NCBI RefSeq assembly: GCF_003253435.1
Contig: NZ_QKUB01000001.1
Span: 62,555 to 94,554 of the forward strand
DNA from: Metamycoplasma auris
GTDB taxonomy: Bacteria > Bacillota_I > Bacilli_A > Mycoplasmatales > Metamycoplasmataceae
DNA: 32,000 nt
Direction of reading: 5' to 3'
Made by a program: the position numbers and the translations under genes. The first letter of the stretch is position 1. The number at the start of each line of letters is the position of its first letter. The notes beneath the pieces are model-generated. The model made no database searches. It had not been told where the DNA came from and was given only the letters and a program-made list of their open reading frames with translations. Of the stretch, positions 18,947 to 29,612 are shown piece by piece.

Positions 18947-19180
18947 AACTTTATTTTATACTCATTCAAATAATCGTGTTAAGTTTTTAAATACGATTTA
19001 AAACTATTGAAAAAGATTGAATTTTCTTTTAAAAAATCTGATTAAAAATATTAAAATAGAACACCTTTTTTATTTTATTTACGAAGTTAAGAATAATTTC
19101 TAAAACTTAAAAGAATTTAAGATTTCAAAAAAATACTATAAGTAAAATTCTTTAATTTTTTGATATAGATAATAATACTT

Positions 19181-19215
19181 TAAATGTAACTTATAATACA
19201 CATTTATGATAAAAT
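19181..19215 (+). promoter_or_regulatory. candidate operator plus promoter of the HTH-methyltransferase gene
   Basis: The inverted repeat TAAATGT (19181-19187) / ACATTTA (19200-19206) brackets TATAAT (19192-19197). An extended -10 TGATAAAAT (19207-19215) ends 8 nt before the ATG at 19224. No Shine-Dalgarno sequence is visible. Confidence 0.35.
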
Positions 19216-19223
19216 GAATAATC

Positions 19224-20273
19224 ATGAAATCAGAATTATTAAGATCATTTGGAACTAAAATCAAAACATTACGTGAAAAAAGAGGATTATCTCAAAATGA
19301 GCTTTCGCAGTTATGCAATTTTAAAAGAGAATATATTTCAAAAATTGAAAACGGAAGTTCTAACGTTACAATTGAAACTATACAAAAATTAGCTAATTCC
19401 TTAAATATAAAAATGAGTCAATTACTTGAAGATAATAATGACCTAAAGTCAAAACCTTTTGTAAAATGAGCTGGTGGTAAGAATCAAATTCTTAATAAAT
19501 TAATTGAATTTATACCAAAAGAATTTAATCGATACTATGAGCCATTTATTGGTGGAGGAGCACTCCTTTTTAATCTTAAGCCTAATACAATAATAATCAA
19601 TGATAGTAATAAGGAATTAATGTATGCATATCAATGTTTTTTAGATAAATACAAACTTAATAAGTTAATTAAAGAATTAGAGATGCATGAGTTAAATCAT
19701 TCTGAAGAATATTATTATCAAGTAAGAAATTTAGATCAGAGCAATTCTTTTGAGAAATTAAAAGACTATCAAAGGGCAGCAAGGTTAATATATTTAAATA
19801 AGGCTTGTTTTAATGGACTTTATAGAGTTAATAGTAAAGGTTTTTATAACACTCCATATGGAAATAAGCAAAAAATTAATGCTTTTGATAAAGAAAATTT
19901 TTTAGATATTTATAAGTATTTTTCTATTTCTAATGTAGCTATTAAAAATGAAGACTTTGAAGAATGTGTTAAAGATGCAAAAAAAGGTGATTTTGTTTAT
20001 TTTGATCCTCCTTATGACAGTTACACTGACAAGAATTCATTTACAAATTATGATTCTAAAAAATTTGGTAAGGATGAACAAATTAGATTAAGAAATGTTG
20101 CTCTTAAGTTATCAAAAAGAGGTGTAAAAGTGATGCTTTCAAACCACAACACTCCCTTTATAAATGAATTGTATAAGGATTTTAATAAACACGTTATTGA
20201 GGCAAGAAGAATAATTAACTCTGATGCTAAAAGAAGAGGAAATGTTGAAGAATTAATAATTACTAACTTCTAG
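19224..20273 (+). CDS. XRE-family HTH domain fused to a Dam-type (D12 class, alpha group) N6-adenine DNA methyltransferase
   Basis: ORFs 19224-19469 and 19620-20273 share one frame and are joined by TGA at 19467-19469, giving 349 aa. Residues 1-~70 form an HTH (LSQNELSQLCNFKREYISKIENG). These are followed by PFVKWAGGK, EPFIGGGA (FxGxG) and FDPPY motifs. Confidence 0.85.
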
Positions 20274-20285
20274 TAAAATTAAATT

Positions 20286-21143
20286 ATGAATAAAAATATT
20301 GACGAATTACTCAATACAATGAAAAAAGGAATTGAAGATTGAGATTACTATGTTAATTTTTCAAAAGTAGAATGAAATTTTATTTCAAAAAGAGAAAAAC
20401 TGGATAAATTAAATTCAATAATTGAGTCAACAAATATAGAAAGCGATTTTACAAATCTAATAAAGAACGACCATTCCATTTTATAAATAGTACCTATTTT
20501 ATTAGGAACAAGAGATACAAAAATATTAATAAATGATGAAGGCAGAATTATTGAGTTTGATTTTAAAAATATTAACCATACTTTTGAGGAGTATGCAAAT
20601 TTTTTAGAAGAAATTGGATTATTCAAATTTCTTCAGAAAATGAAAATGTCTTCCCTTATCGACTATGTTTTAGGAATTGAGGTTGGACTTGATAGTAATT
20701 CAAGAAAAAATCGTAATGGCAAAAAGATGGAGCAATTGGTTGAAAAATATTTAGTCGATTCTAATTTCAAAAAAGAAGTTGATTTTTTTACCCAAATGAC
20801 CACTAAAAAGCTTATAGATATTTTTAAAATTGATATTTTAAATGAGTTACCAATTAAAAAATTTGACTTTGTTATAAAGTATAAAAAACAAATATATGCA
20901 GTTGAATGTAATTATTATAAGAGTGGTGGTTCGAAAGTTTCTGAAATAGTAAGGTCTTATAAAAATCTATTAGATGATTTAAGAAAGATCAATAACTTCC
21001 ATTTTCTATGAATTACGGACGGATTTGGTTGAATTAAAGAAAAAAACCATCTAAAAGATGCCTTATTATCAATAGATAATATTTTTAATCTTGATGATTT
21101 AGAGAAGAAGGGAATACTTAATATATTAGAATCAATAAAGTAG
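20286..21143 (+). pseudogene. DpnII/MboI-family type II restriction endonuclease with an in-frame TAA at codon 67
   Basis: The 286-codon frame starts 12 nt after the methyltransferase stop. Family-typical blocks are present: VPILLGTR, GIEVGLDSNSRKNRNGK, VECNYYKSGGSK and FLWITDGFGW. TAA at 20484-20486 interrupts HSIL*IVPILLG. All other breaks are TGA-Trp codons. Confidence 0.75.
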
Positions 21144-21286
21144 ATATTAGAATTCAAGTATAAATGAATCAAAATGAGTGTATTTTTCTAAATAAATAGT
21201 TAAAAAAAATTCAAATGTATCTCTATGTTAAGAACATTTGAATTTTTTAATCTAATCTAAGACTTTAAAAATCTAGTTAATTTCTT

Positions 21287-22222
21287 TTAGAGATCTTTAA
21301 ATTCCTCAGTTGCCTCAACTAGTTTTTTAGCAATCTCTTCTTCCTTAGATGAATGTCCTGCTGTAACAAAATATAATTTAGAGTTAGCCAAATTTTTGTG
21401 TAACAAATATGCACCAATTGGACGACAGATAAGATCATATCTACCATGAATAATGATTGTTGGAATATCCTTTATTTTTTCAATATTATTTAAAATATAG
21501 TTATCATCATCTAAAAAGATATCATTAATAAAATAATGATTTTCAAGTCTAGCTAATTCTAGATTGGTTTTGTTATTTTCTAATATAACTTCTAGATCAG
21601 GTATTTGTTTAAGTGCAAGATTGCTTAATTCCCATTTGGCTCAGTGGTATGCAGCCCTATATGCAACATCCAAATTATCTGAGTTTAAATATTTGTTGTA
21701 TGCAACAATTAAGTTATTTCTTTCTTCTTTTGGAATGATTGAAATAAATTCATCAAACCCATCTGGTATTAAATATGAAGTTCCTTCTTGGTATAGAAAT
21801 TCATTATCTTCTCTGCGTCCTAAAAAAACTCCTCTTAAAATAAGACCTTTGGTATGTTTTGGATGATTAATTGCATAAATCAAACTCAAACATGAACCTC
21901 ATGAACCACCAAATAAAATTCAATGATCTATCCCTAAATGCTCTCTTAATTTTTCCATATCAGCAACCAAATCAAGAGTTGTATTATTTCTTATTTCTGC
22001 TGATGGAGTTGATTTTCCACACCCTCTTTGATCAAAAAGGATAACACGGTAGAATTTTGGATCAAAATATTGTCGACTTGATTCAGAAATCCCTCCCCCA
22101 GGGCCACCATGAACAAATAGAATTGGACTTCCTTCTGGGTTTCCAACTTCTTCATAGTAGATAGTATGAATCTCATCTACTTTTAAATATCCAGTGTTAT
22201 ATGGTTCAATTGGTTCAAACAT
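21287..22222 (-). CDS. pip: proline iminopeptidase (prolyl aminopeptidase, S33 alpha/beta hydrolase)
   Basis: ORF fragments 21920-22222 and 21641-21889 plus a downstream segment share one frame and are joined by TGA, giving 311 aa. Motifs HGGPGGG, DQRGCGKS and GGSWGS are present. Confidence 0.9.
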
Positions 22223-22296
22223 AAATTACCTCTTTTTTTAATTTAATTTTATTCTTACTTAAGATTAGTTAGTTTTATATTTATCTATTTATTTTT

Positions 22297-25173
22297 CTAA
22301 TTTGATAATGATAGTTTCATTTTTCTTTTTTCAATTAGTAATAAAGTCATTTTGTGAGTAGCATAAATTGGAATTAGAATCAATGGAAATCCTAGTCCAT
22401 AACTAATTAGAATTGAATGCTCGGCTAATTTGTCGTAACTTTTAAAGAAAGTTGCAATTTTTCCTACAAACGAAACTAATAGTAAAAAGAATAATGAGAA
22501 TATTACTGAAGCATACACTTTTCAATAATAAAAAGGGTTTGATAGAATCACTGGTTTCTTTGACATTAAATTAATTGAGTTAAATGTAGCTGAAATACCT
22601 AAAACTAGGAATGCGACTGTTGAAGCAGATTTAATAATGTCATCTGGATTGAAATTATTATTCTTGGCATATAGTGCTCCAAGATAGTAACCAAGCATTG
22701 AAATAATCCCTACTAAGATTCCTTGTCATAAGGTATTAATTCCCATACCTTTAGCAAAGATTGATTCACTTCTTGAAGTTGGACTATTATTCATATAGTT
22801 TTCTTTTGAGTTTTGAAGTCCTAAAGCAATTGCAGGAAAACCATGGGTAAATAGATTGATTCATAAAAGTTGAGTTGCTGATAGAATATAAATTTCTTTT
22901 CCTTCTAATTCTTTCCAACTTTTGAAAACAAAAGTAAAGATTAAAAGACCAAATAAAACAAGAATAATTTCAGCAATCGAGGTAATAAGAAGGTTTTGAA
23001 TGACATTCTTTATTTTTTGGTAGATTGAACGACCATTTTTAACGGCTAAAACAATTGTTGAAAAATTGTCATCTAATAAAATCATGTTTGCAGCTTGTTT
23101 TGATGCTTCAGTACCAACCCTGCCCATTGCACATCCAATATCTGCTTTTTTTAGTGCCGGTGCATCATTGACACCATCACCAGTCATTGCTACAACATGA
23201 TTTTTAGTTTGAAGAGCATTGACAATTCTTAATTTATCATTTGGTGCTACACGGGCATAGACTGAATATTTTTCAACATTTTGAAGCAATGTTTCATCAT
23301 CAAATTCATTTAATTGCGCACCAGTGATTGCTAAGTCACCTTCTTTATAAATGTTTAAATCTTTTGCGATTGCTATTGCTGTATTGATATTGTCTCCAGT
23401 AATCATTATTGGTTTAATTCCTGCTCTTAAACATATTTCAATCGCGTCTTTTGCTTCATTTCTTGGAGGATCAATCATTGCAACCAAACCATCAAATGAA
23501 AGATTATTTTCCAAATATTGCATTTGTTCTTTTTCATTAACATTTAAGATTATATTAAGTGTCTTATCATCAATTTCTTTTGAGGCTACACCTAAAACCC
23601 GGAATGCAGAATTAGATCACTCAATGTTTTTATTTATGATTTGTTCTTTTATAGTCTTGGAAATATTAATTTTATTAACTAGAATATCAGGAGCACCTTT
23701 TACAATAACAATATATTTGTCATTAATTTTATTGATTGTTGTCATTAACTTACGATCTGAGTCAAAAGGTAAAACAAAGATTCTTTTGTGTTTATCTTCT
23801 AGATTTTTTTTCTCTTTTGTTTCTGAGTATTGATTTAAACGATATAAGAAAGCAATTTCAGTTGGATCTCCGACTTCCTTAAATTGATTGTTTTGCGAAT
23901 CAAAAACTAAATTTGCTTCAGAACAAAGTGATCCATATTCAATTAACTTAAGGAAATTTTCATGTAGAATAAATTGATTATTTTCCTTAGAAAAATTAAA
24001 GTCAAGTTCATTTTGCTCTAAGGTATATAACTTCATAATTGTCATCTTATTTTGAGTTAATGTTCCAGTTTTATCAGAACATATAACACTACAACTACCC
24101 AGTGTTTCAACTGTCATTAAATCTTTGACAATTGCTCTTTCTTTAGCCATACGCTGTATGCCAATAACTAAGATAATTGAACTAAATGCAATTAGACCTT
24201 CAGGAATTGCAGCAACTGCTAATGAAACTCCATTAATTGCAACTGTACTTCAGAAAAGTGGATCTTTAAAATGTGAAGTATTAGGTATGGCAAAAAGAAT
24301 TTGCATAAGTACACTACATAAGAATAAAGAAATTCCTAAATATCCAAAAATCTTTCCTAATTTGTTAATTTTGGTTTGTAAAGGACTTAAACCTTCTTTT
24401 TGTTCAGAGATAGCACTTGAAATTTTTCCTAATTCAGTTTGCTGTCCAATTGCGCTTACAACAAAATATGCAGTTCCTGTTGCAACAACAGAGGACGAGT
24501 AAACCATAAATTTACGATCAGCTAATGGTAAAGTTAAATCTCTTTTAGCTAAATAATCTTTATTAGATGGTTCACTTTCACCAGTTAGTGATGCTTCAAT
24601 TACATTTAGATTCGATGAAAAAACTAAATAACCATCAGCAGGAATTACATCACCAGCCTCAATCATTACAATATCACCAATTGTAATTTCAGACGAATCA
24701 ACAATAATTAAATTGTTATTTCTTACCACTTTAGTTTTTAAAGGATTGAGTTTATTTAGCGCATCAACAGCTTTTGCACTCTTAATTTCTTGAATTGCTC
24801 CAATGAGTGAATTACTAAATACAACAAATAAAATAATTGTAGGTTCAATAAATTCAACAATTAACTCAGTGTTAAATTCTCAATTTTTTCTAACTCCACT
24901 TACTATTGCTAAAATATAAGAAATCAATGCAGCAAAAAGTAAGATAATAACTAATACATCCTTAAATTGTTTTAAATAAACTAAAAAAGGATTAATTTTC
25001 TTTGTTTTTTTTAGTTCATTTAAACCAAATTTTGTTTGTCTTTCAAATACTTCCTTGTCATTTAATCCATGTTTCATTGATGTATTTAGGAGTGAATCAT
25101 TCAGATTGACATTACTAATTTTCTTAGTGTTTTTATCATTTTTTTTAGTCTTATTTTTATTGTAAGAAATCAT
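22297..25173 (-). CDS. P-type (E1-E2) cation-transporting ATPase, Ca2+/Mg2+-type
   Basis: Five listed fragments all lie in one frame and are joined by TGA, giving 958 aa. Motifs CSDKTGTLT (phosphorylation site), TGDN and GDGVNDAPALKKADIG are present. The gene ends at TAG 22297-22299. Confidence 0.9.
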
Positions 25174-25238
25174 ATTTAAAAATTTTATATTATTTTATGA
25201 ATATAACTAATACAATAGTTATATTGTAATTTATATAA

Positions 25239-25328
25239 GGGCAATTACTCAAGTGGACGAAGAGGATAGCTTGGAAGGTTATTAGGAGTTAATAGCTCGC
25301 AAGGGTTCGAATCCCTTATTGCCCGCCA
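25239..25328 (+). tRNA. tRNA-Ser (anticodon GGA), class II with long variable arm, CCA encoded
   Basis: The manual cloverleaf is: acceptor GGGCAAT/ATTGCCC, D stem CTC/GAG, anticodon stem ATAGC/GTTAT with loop TTGGAAG, a long variable arm, and T arm AAGGG-TTCGAAT-CCCTT followed by G-CCA. Confidence 0.85.
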
Positions 25329-25354
25329 TATCATTTGCCAAATCATTTTCTAAG

Positions 25355-25400
25355 AAAGCAAGCATCATATATTAAGGTTGCTTGCTTTTCATTTGTTTTT
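25355..25400 (+). terminator. hairpin/terminator after the first tRNA-Ser
   Basis: AAAGCAAGC (25355-25363) pairs with GCTTGCTTT (25380-25388), followed by T-rich sequence. Confidence 0.5.
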
Positions 25401-25474
25401 TAAATTAATTTATATTAGATAAATAAAAACTAATTTATTATTTAAATTAAATTAAAATAATTATGTTAAGTATT

Positions 25475-25564
25475 GGGCAATTACTCAAGTGGCCAAAGAG
25501 GACAGTCTCGAAAATTGTTAGGAGTTAATAGCTCGCAAGGGTTCGAATCCCTTATTGCCCGCCA
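25475..25564 (+). tRNA. tRNA-Ser (anticodon CGA), class II, CCA encoded
   Basis: The acceptor stem, variable arm and T arm are the same as in the tRNA at 25239-25328. The anticodon stem is ACAGT/ATTGT with loop CTCGAAA. Confidence 0.85.
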
Positions 25565-25580
25565 TATCAGTTAAATGAAT

Positions 25581-25621
25581 AAAAAAAAAGATATGATCTT
25601 GTTGTAGGTCATATCTTTTTT
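25581..25621. terminator. bidirectional terminator between tRNA-Ser(CGA) and the convergent DUF285 gene
   Basis: GATATGATC (25590-25598) pairs with GGTCATATC (25607-25615) with one G:U pair, flanked by an A9 run upstream and a T run downstream. Confidence 0.7.
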
Positions 25622-25635
25622 GTTTTGGTTAAGGA

Positions 25636-27312
25636 CTAGAATGCTGATCTTGAAGAATTTCTAGATGATGACACTCTCATTTTCTTAACTTTATCTTTTA
25701 ATTTGTTAGGCAAGTGATTTTCATTATCATGAATCATTGAGCCTTCAGCAAATTTATAGTATTGATAATTTTTAGTTAATTTATCAGTATTTCAATTTTT
25801 AATTTCTTGATTAAATTCCTTTGCGTTATGAAACATTTGAGCCATACTTTCAACCATTTTTGTATCTCAATTTCCAATTGGCTTATTAAATTTGACAGCC
25901 CCATAAAACATATAACTCATATCAGTAACTGATTCGGTTTTTCATTTGTTTAATTCTTGATTGAATTGTAAAGCGTTTTCAAACATACGAGACATATTTT
26001 TTACTTTGGATGTATTTCAATCATTAATTGAATGATTGAATGTTTGCGCATTGTTAAACATTCATGACATATCAGTTACTTTTTCAGTTTTTCATTTTGA
26101 GATGTCTTGGTTAAAGTTCTTAGCATTATAAAACATAGCGCGCATGTTTTCGACATTATTAGTATTTCAATCTGATAGTTTTCCATTAAATTTTTCAGCA
26201 AAACTAAACATATTTGAAAAAGATTTTACTTTTTCAGTTTTTCATTTTGAAATATCCCCACTGAACTTCTTGGCTCTTTCAAACACAGATTCCATATTAG
26301 TTATATTTGATGTATCTCATTCATCAATTCCATCAACATTTTCGCTCTCTAGATCTCTAAAAGCACCTTCTAAACTTGTTATTAATGTTGGAAGTTTCTT
26401 AGGTAATTTTTTAACATTTTTTGGAAAAGAAGTAATTACAAATTCATCACTTCTAGAATCATGATAAAATCCAATTTCAAGGATTTCAGTAGAATCTAAA
26501 TCCTTTAAATTTCTATCATAAGTAGATTTAATATTTCCTCTATTATCAAGGTATTTAGTAGCTTTTTTTCCAGGACTAATTTCTCCGATTTCTAATTGTA
26601 GTTCATCGCCATCAATTTGAAGATTAAAAGTTGAAGGTTGTGTTTGTTCTTTTTCTTTTTCTTCCTCTTTTTCCTTTTTTTCTTCTTTTTGTTTCTTTCG
26701 TTCTTTATAAATTGAATAGAATTCTTTTTTGCTATCTTCATCTTTTAATGATAATTTTGAATGCTTACGATTTGATTTACTAATAACAGCTTCTAAAATC
26801 TCAGAGAAGTTTTGGGTAGTAGTTAGCTTTCCCTTAAATTCTTTAGCTCATAAAGATTGAAGTTCTTTCTTTGTTTCTTCTTTGTATTGGGATTTTGTTT
26901 GTATTTGAAAACTTACTTCTAAAACACCTAAATATTTCTCTTTTATATTTGATGAAAATTTTGCCTTACTATTTGATGTTTCTTCTAACTTTAAACTTTC
27001 AAAAATACTACTATCAATAGATGGATATTTAGATTTTAAAGCATCAATAATTTCTTTGCTTGTTGGTTTTGAATCGTTAGTAATAATCAATCCTAATTCT
27101 TTATTCTCAAATAACTTATCTAGGTCTATAGATGCCATTTCAGACGGCATGTAATTATTTTTATTAGAACTCTCATCGTCCTGTAAATTTTTATCAGTTA
27201 TAGGTTTCTTATCTTTCTTGCTTAATAATATAGCTGTTGGAATGGCAATGGTTGGAACTAAAATTGCGCTTGCAGTTGAAATGCCAATGATTAATTTCTT
27301 ATTTTTTGTCAT
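25636..27312 (-). CDS. DUF285 / BspA-like repeat membrane-anchored surface protein (558 aa)
   Basis: I checked the frame codon by codon from ATG 27310-27312 to TAG 25636-25638, and the only breaks are TGA-Trp codons. The N-terminus has a hydrophobic anchor (LIIGISTASAILVPTIAIPTAILL) with no lipobox Cys. A Glu/Lys-rich linker follows, then repeats of the form W.T..V..M..MF..A..FN..I... Confidence 0.85.
25795..26319 (-). repeat. seven tandem 75-nt (25-aa) DUF285-type coding repeats
   Basis: The repeat-initial Trp codons (all TGA) recur every 75 nt from 26317-26319 down to 25792-25794. Exact 20-mers recur between alternate units, for example TTTTCAGTTTTTCATTTTGA at 26081-26100 and 26231-26250. 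Confidence 0.85.
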
Positions 27313-27756
27313 TCTGTATTTTCCTTTTTTTAATTTTTATAAATTTTTGTGATTACTTAAACTTTCTAATTAAATGGCTATGTTTTTAAGACATTAGAAT
27401 CATGAGGAAATATTAAAATGAAAAGTATAACTAAAATTGGTTAATCATGCAAAAAAAATGACAAAAAAATATCAATTTTATTGATAATAAATTGAAAATT
27501 TATTCATTTTAATTAAATTCTGACTATTTATCTAACGAAATATATTTAAATTTTTCTTATTAAAGCTAAACATTTTTAACTTATATTTAGGATTTTTTTT
27601 AATTAAAAAGTTGAGTTAGTAAAATCTCAAAAATATCTTTTAAATATGCTCATTTAATTATATTTTTAGTACTAATAAGTTTGAGACTTATTCAATCATA
27701 AGTATCAAAAATTAAATATAAATAAATTTTAGTTTTATATCTATAATTATAAAAAT

Positions 27757-29565
27757 ATGACAAATGAGAAGATAAGAAATTTTGCAATAATTGCGCATAT
27801 TGATCATGGTAAAAGTACGCTTGCAGACCGTATTTTAGAATATACTGATACAGTAAGTAAACGAGATTTGAAACCACAATTACTTGATTCAATGGACTTA
27901 GAGCAAGAACGGGGCATTACAATTAAATTGAATGCTGTTCAAATTAAGTATAAGGACTATGTTTTTCATTTAATTGATACACCTGGACACGTTGATTTTA
28001 CTTATGAAGTTAGCCGTAGTTTAGCAGCTTGTGAAGGAGCGCTTCTATTGGTTGATGCAACACAAGGAATACAAGCACAAACACTTGCAAACGTATATTT
28101 GGCAATTGAGAATAATCTTGAAATTATTCCTGTAATCAATAAGGTTGATTTGCCAAGCGCTGATCCAGAAAGAATTAAAAAGGAAATTGAAAATATCATT
28201 GGAATTGACGCTTCCAATGCAATTTTAATTTCAGCTAAAACAGGAATCAATATTGATAAGGTGATTGATGCGATTATTGAGCGAATTCCATATCCTAAAG
28301 AAGCAAGTCCAAATAAACCACTTGAAGCATTAATTTTTGATAGTTACTTTGATAATTATAGAGGCGTAGTAATTTATACGAGACTTTTTAATGGGGAACT
28401 TAAAGTTGGAGATGAAATTTATTTCATGCAAACTAAGAAGAAATACCTTGTTACAGAATTAGGAGTTAAGAATCCTAATGAAGAAAAAAAAGACAAACTG
28501 AGTGCTGGTGAAGTTGGATGAATTGCTGCTTCAATAAGGGATGTTAAAAGTGTTTCGGTCGGGGATACAATAACTCTTGCAAATAATCCCATTTCTTATC
28601 CTCTCCCAGGGTATAAGAAAATGAAACCAGTTGTTTATACTGGATTTTATCCTGTCGATACAAGAGATTACAATCTTTTAAAGGATGCACTTGAAAAAAT
28701 AGGTTTATCTGACTCATCCATCGTTTGAGAACCAGAAACGTCAAAGGCTTTAGGTTTTGGGTTTCGAATTGGTTTCTTAGGCTTACTACACATGGATGTA
28801 TTACAAGAAAGATTGGAAAGAGAATTCAATATTGATATTTTAGCAACAGCGCCATCTGTTGAATTTGTTATAACCTTAACAAATGGCAATGTTGAATACA
28901 TTACTAATCCTTCCTTGTTTCCAGATCGCAGTGTAATTAAAAGCATTGAAGAGCCATACATAAGATCTTCGATTATGTTGACAGAAGAATACATTGGCCC
29001 AATTATGGAGTTATGTCAATCAAAACGAGGAAAGTATATTGATATTGAGTATCTTGATGATAAGAGAAGACGTTTAATTTATGAATTACCTTTAAATGAA
29101 ACAATCTTTGATTTCTTTGATTTAATGAAGAGTTACTCAAAAGGATATGCTTCTTTTGATTATGAACATATTGGACTTCGCGAAAGTGATTTGGTTAAAG
29201 TCGATATTATGCTAAACGGTGAAAAAATTGATGCTTTAGCATTAATTGTACATCGTGATTTTGCATATAATCGAAGTCGAGAACTAGCAGAAAAACTCAA
29301 AGAAGTTGTTCCAAGAAAAAATTTTGAAATTCCAATTCAGGCTGCAATTGGGGGTAAAATAATAGCAAGAGAAACTATTAAGGCCTATAGAAAAGATGTT
29401 ACAGCAAAATTGTATGGAGGCGATGTTACAAGAAGACAGAAACTTCTAAAAAAACAAAAAGAAGGAAAGAAAAGAATGAAACAAATAGGAAGTGTTGAAG
29501 TTCCTCAAGAAGCCTTCTTAGCAATTTTGAAAACCGAAACATCTAGCAATAAGAAAAATAAATAA
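27757..29565 (+). CDS. lepA: elongation factor 4 (LepA)
   Basis: ORFs 27757-28521 and 28792-29565 share one frame and are joined through TGA codons, giving 602 aa. Motifs [18 protein letters not shown] and NKVD are present, along with the LepA C-terminal domain. Confidence 0.95.
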
Positions 29566-29612
29566 AATCTAATCATTTTACTTAATACTTAAATTAAAGA
29601 AGGAGGTGTACA

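Noticed and set aside
14759-20486. Two in-frame TAA codons (PAP2 at 14759-14761, endonuclease at 20484-20486) as possible stop-codon reassignment or programmed readthrough.
   Set aside because: TAA is the ordinary terminator of most genes in this window (lipoproteins, both S41 genes, tex, the membrane protein, yneF). No shared sequence context surrounds the two sites. Nonsense mutations are the simpler explanation.
18947-21286. The R-M module as a mobile island (looked for flanking direct or inverted repeats, an integrase or a transposase).
   Set aside because: No recombinase ORF and no convincing flanking repeats are visible by eye. Mobility cannot be supported from this window.
23351-24502. 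Plus-strand ORFs of 160 aa (23351-23833) and 125 aa (24125-24502).
   Set aside because: They are antisense to the P-type ATPase, whose DKTGTLT, TGDN and GDGVNDAP motifs fix the true strand and frame.
25795-26319. A regular 75-nt periodicity that might suggest a CRISPR array or satellite.
   Set aside because: The repeats are contiguous with no spacers, imperfect at the DNA level, and translate in one verified frame into DUF285 protein repeats.
27313-27756. A 444-bp divergent intergenic region (DUF285 gene / lepA) examined for a small ORF or ncRNA. It contains the palindrome ATCAATTTTATTGAT (27471-27485).
   Set aside because: There are only very short ORFs (for example MKSITKIG), no terminator-bounded structured element, and the palindrome is short for this base composition. 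Nothing is supportable.
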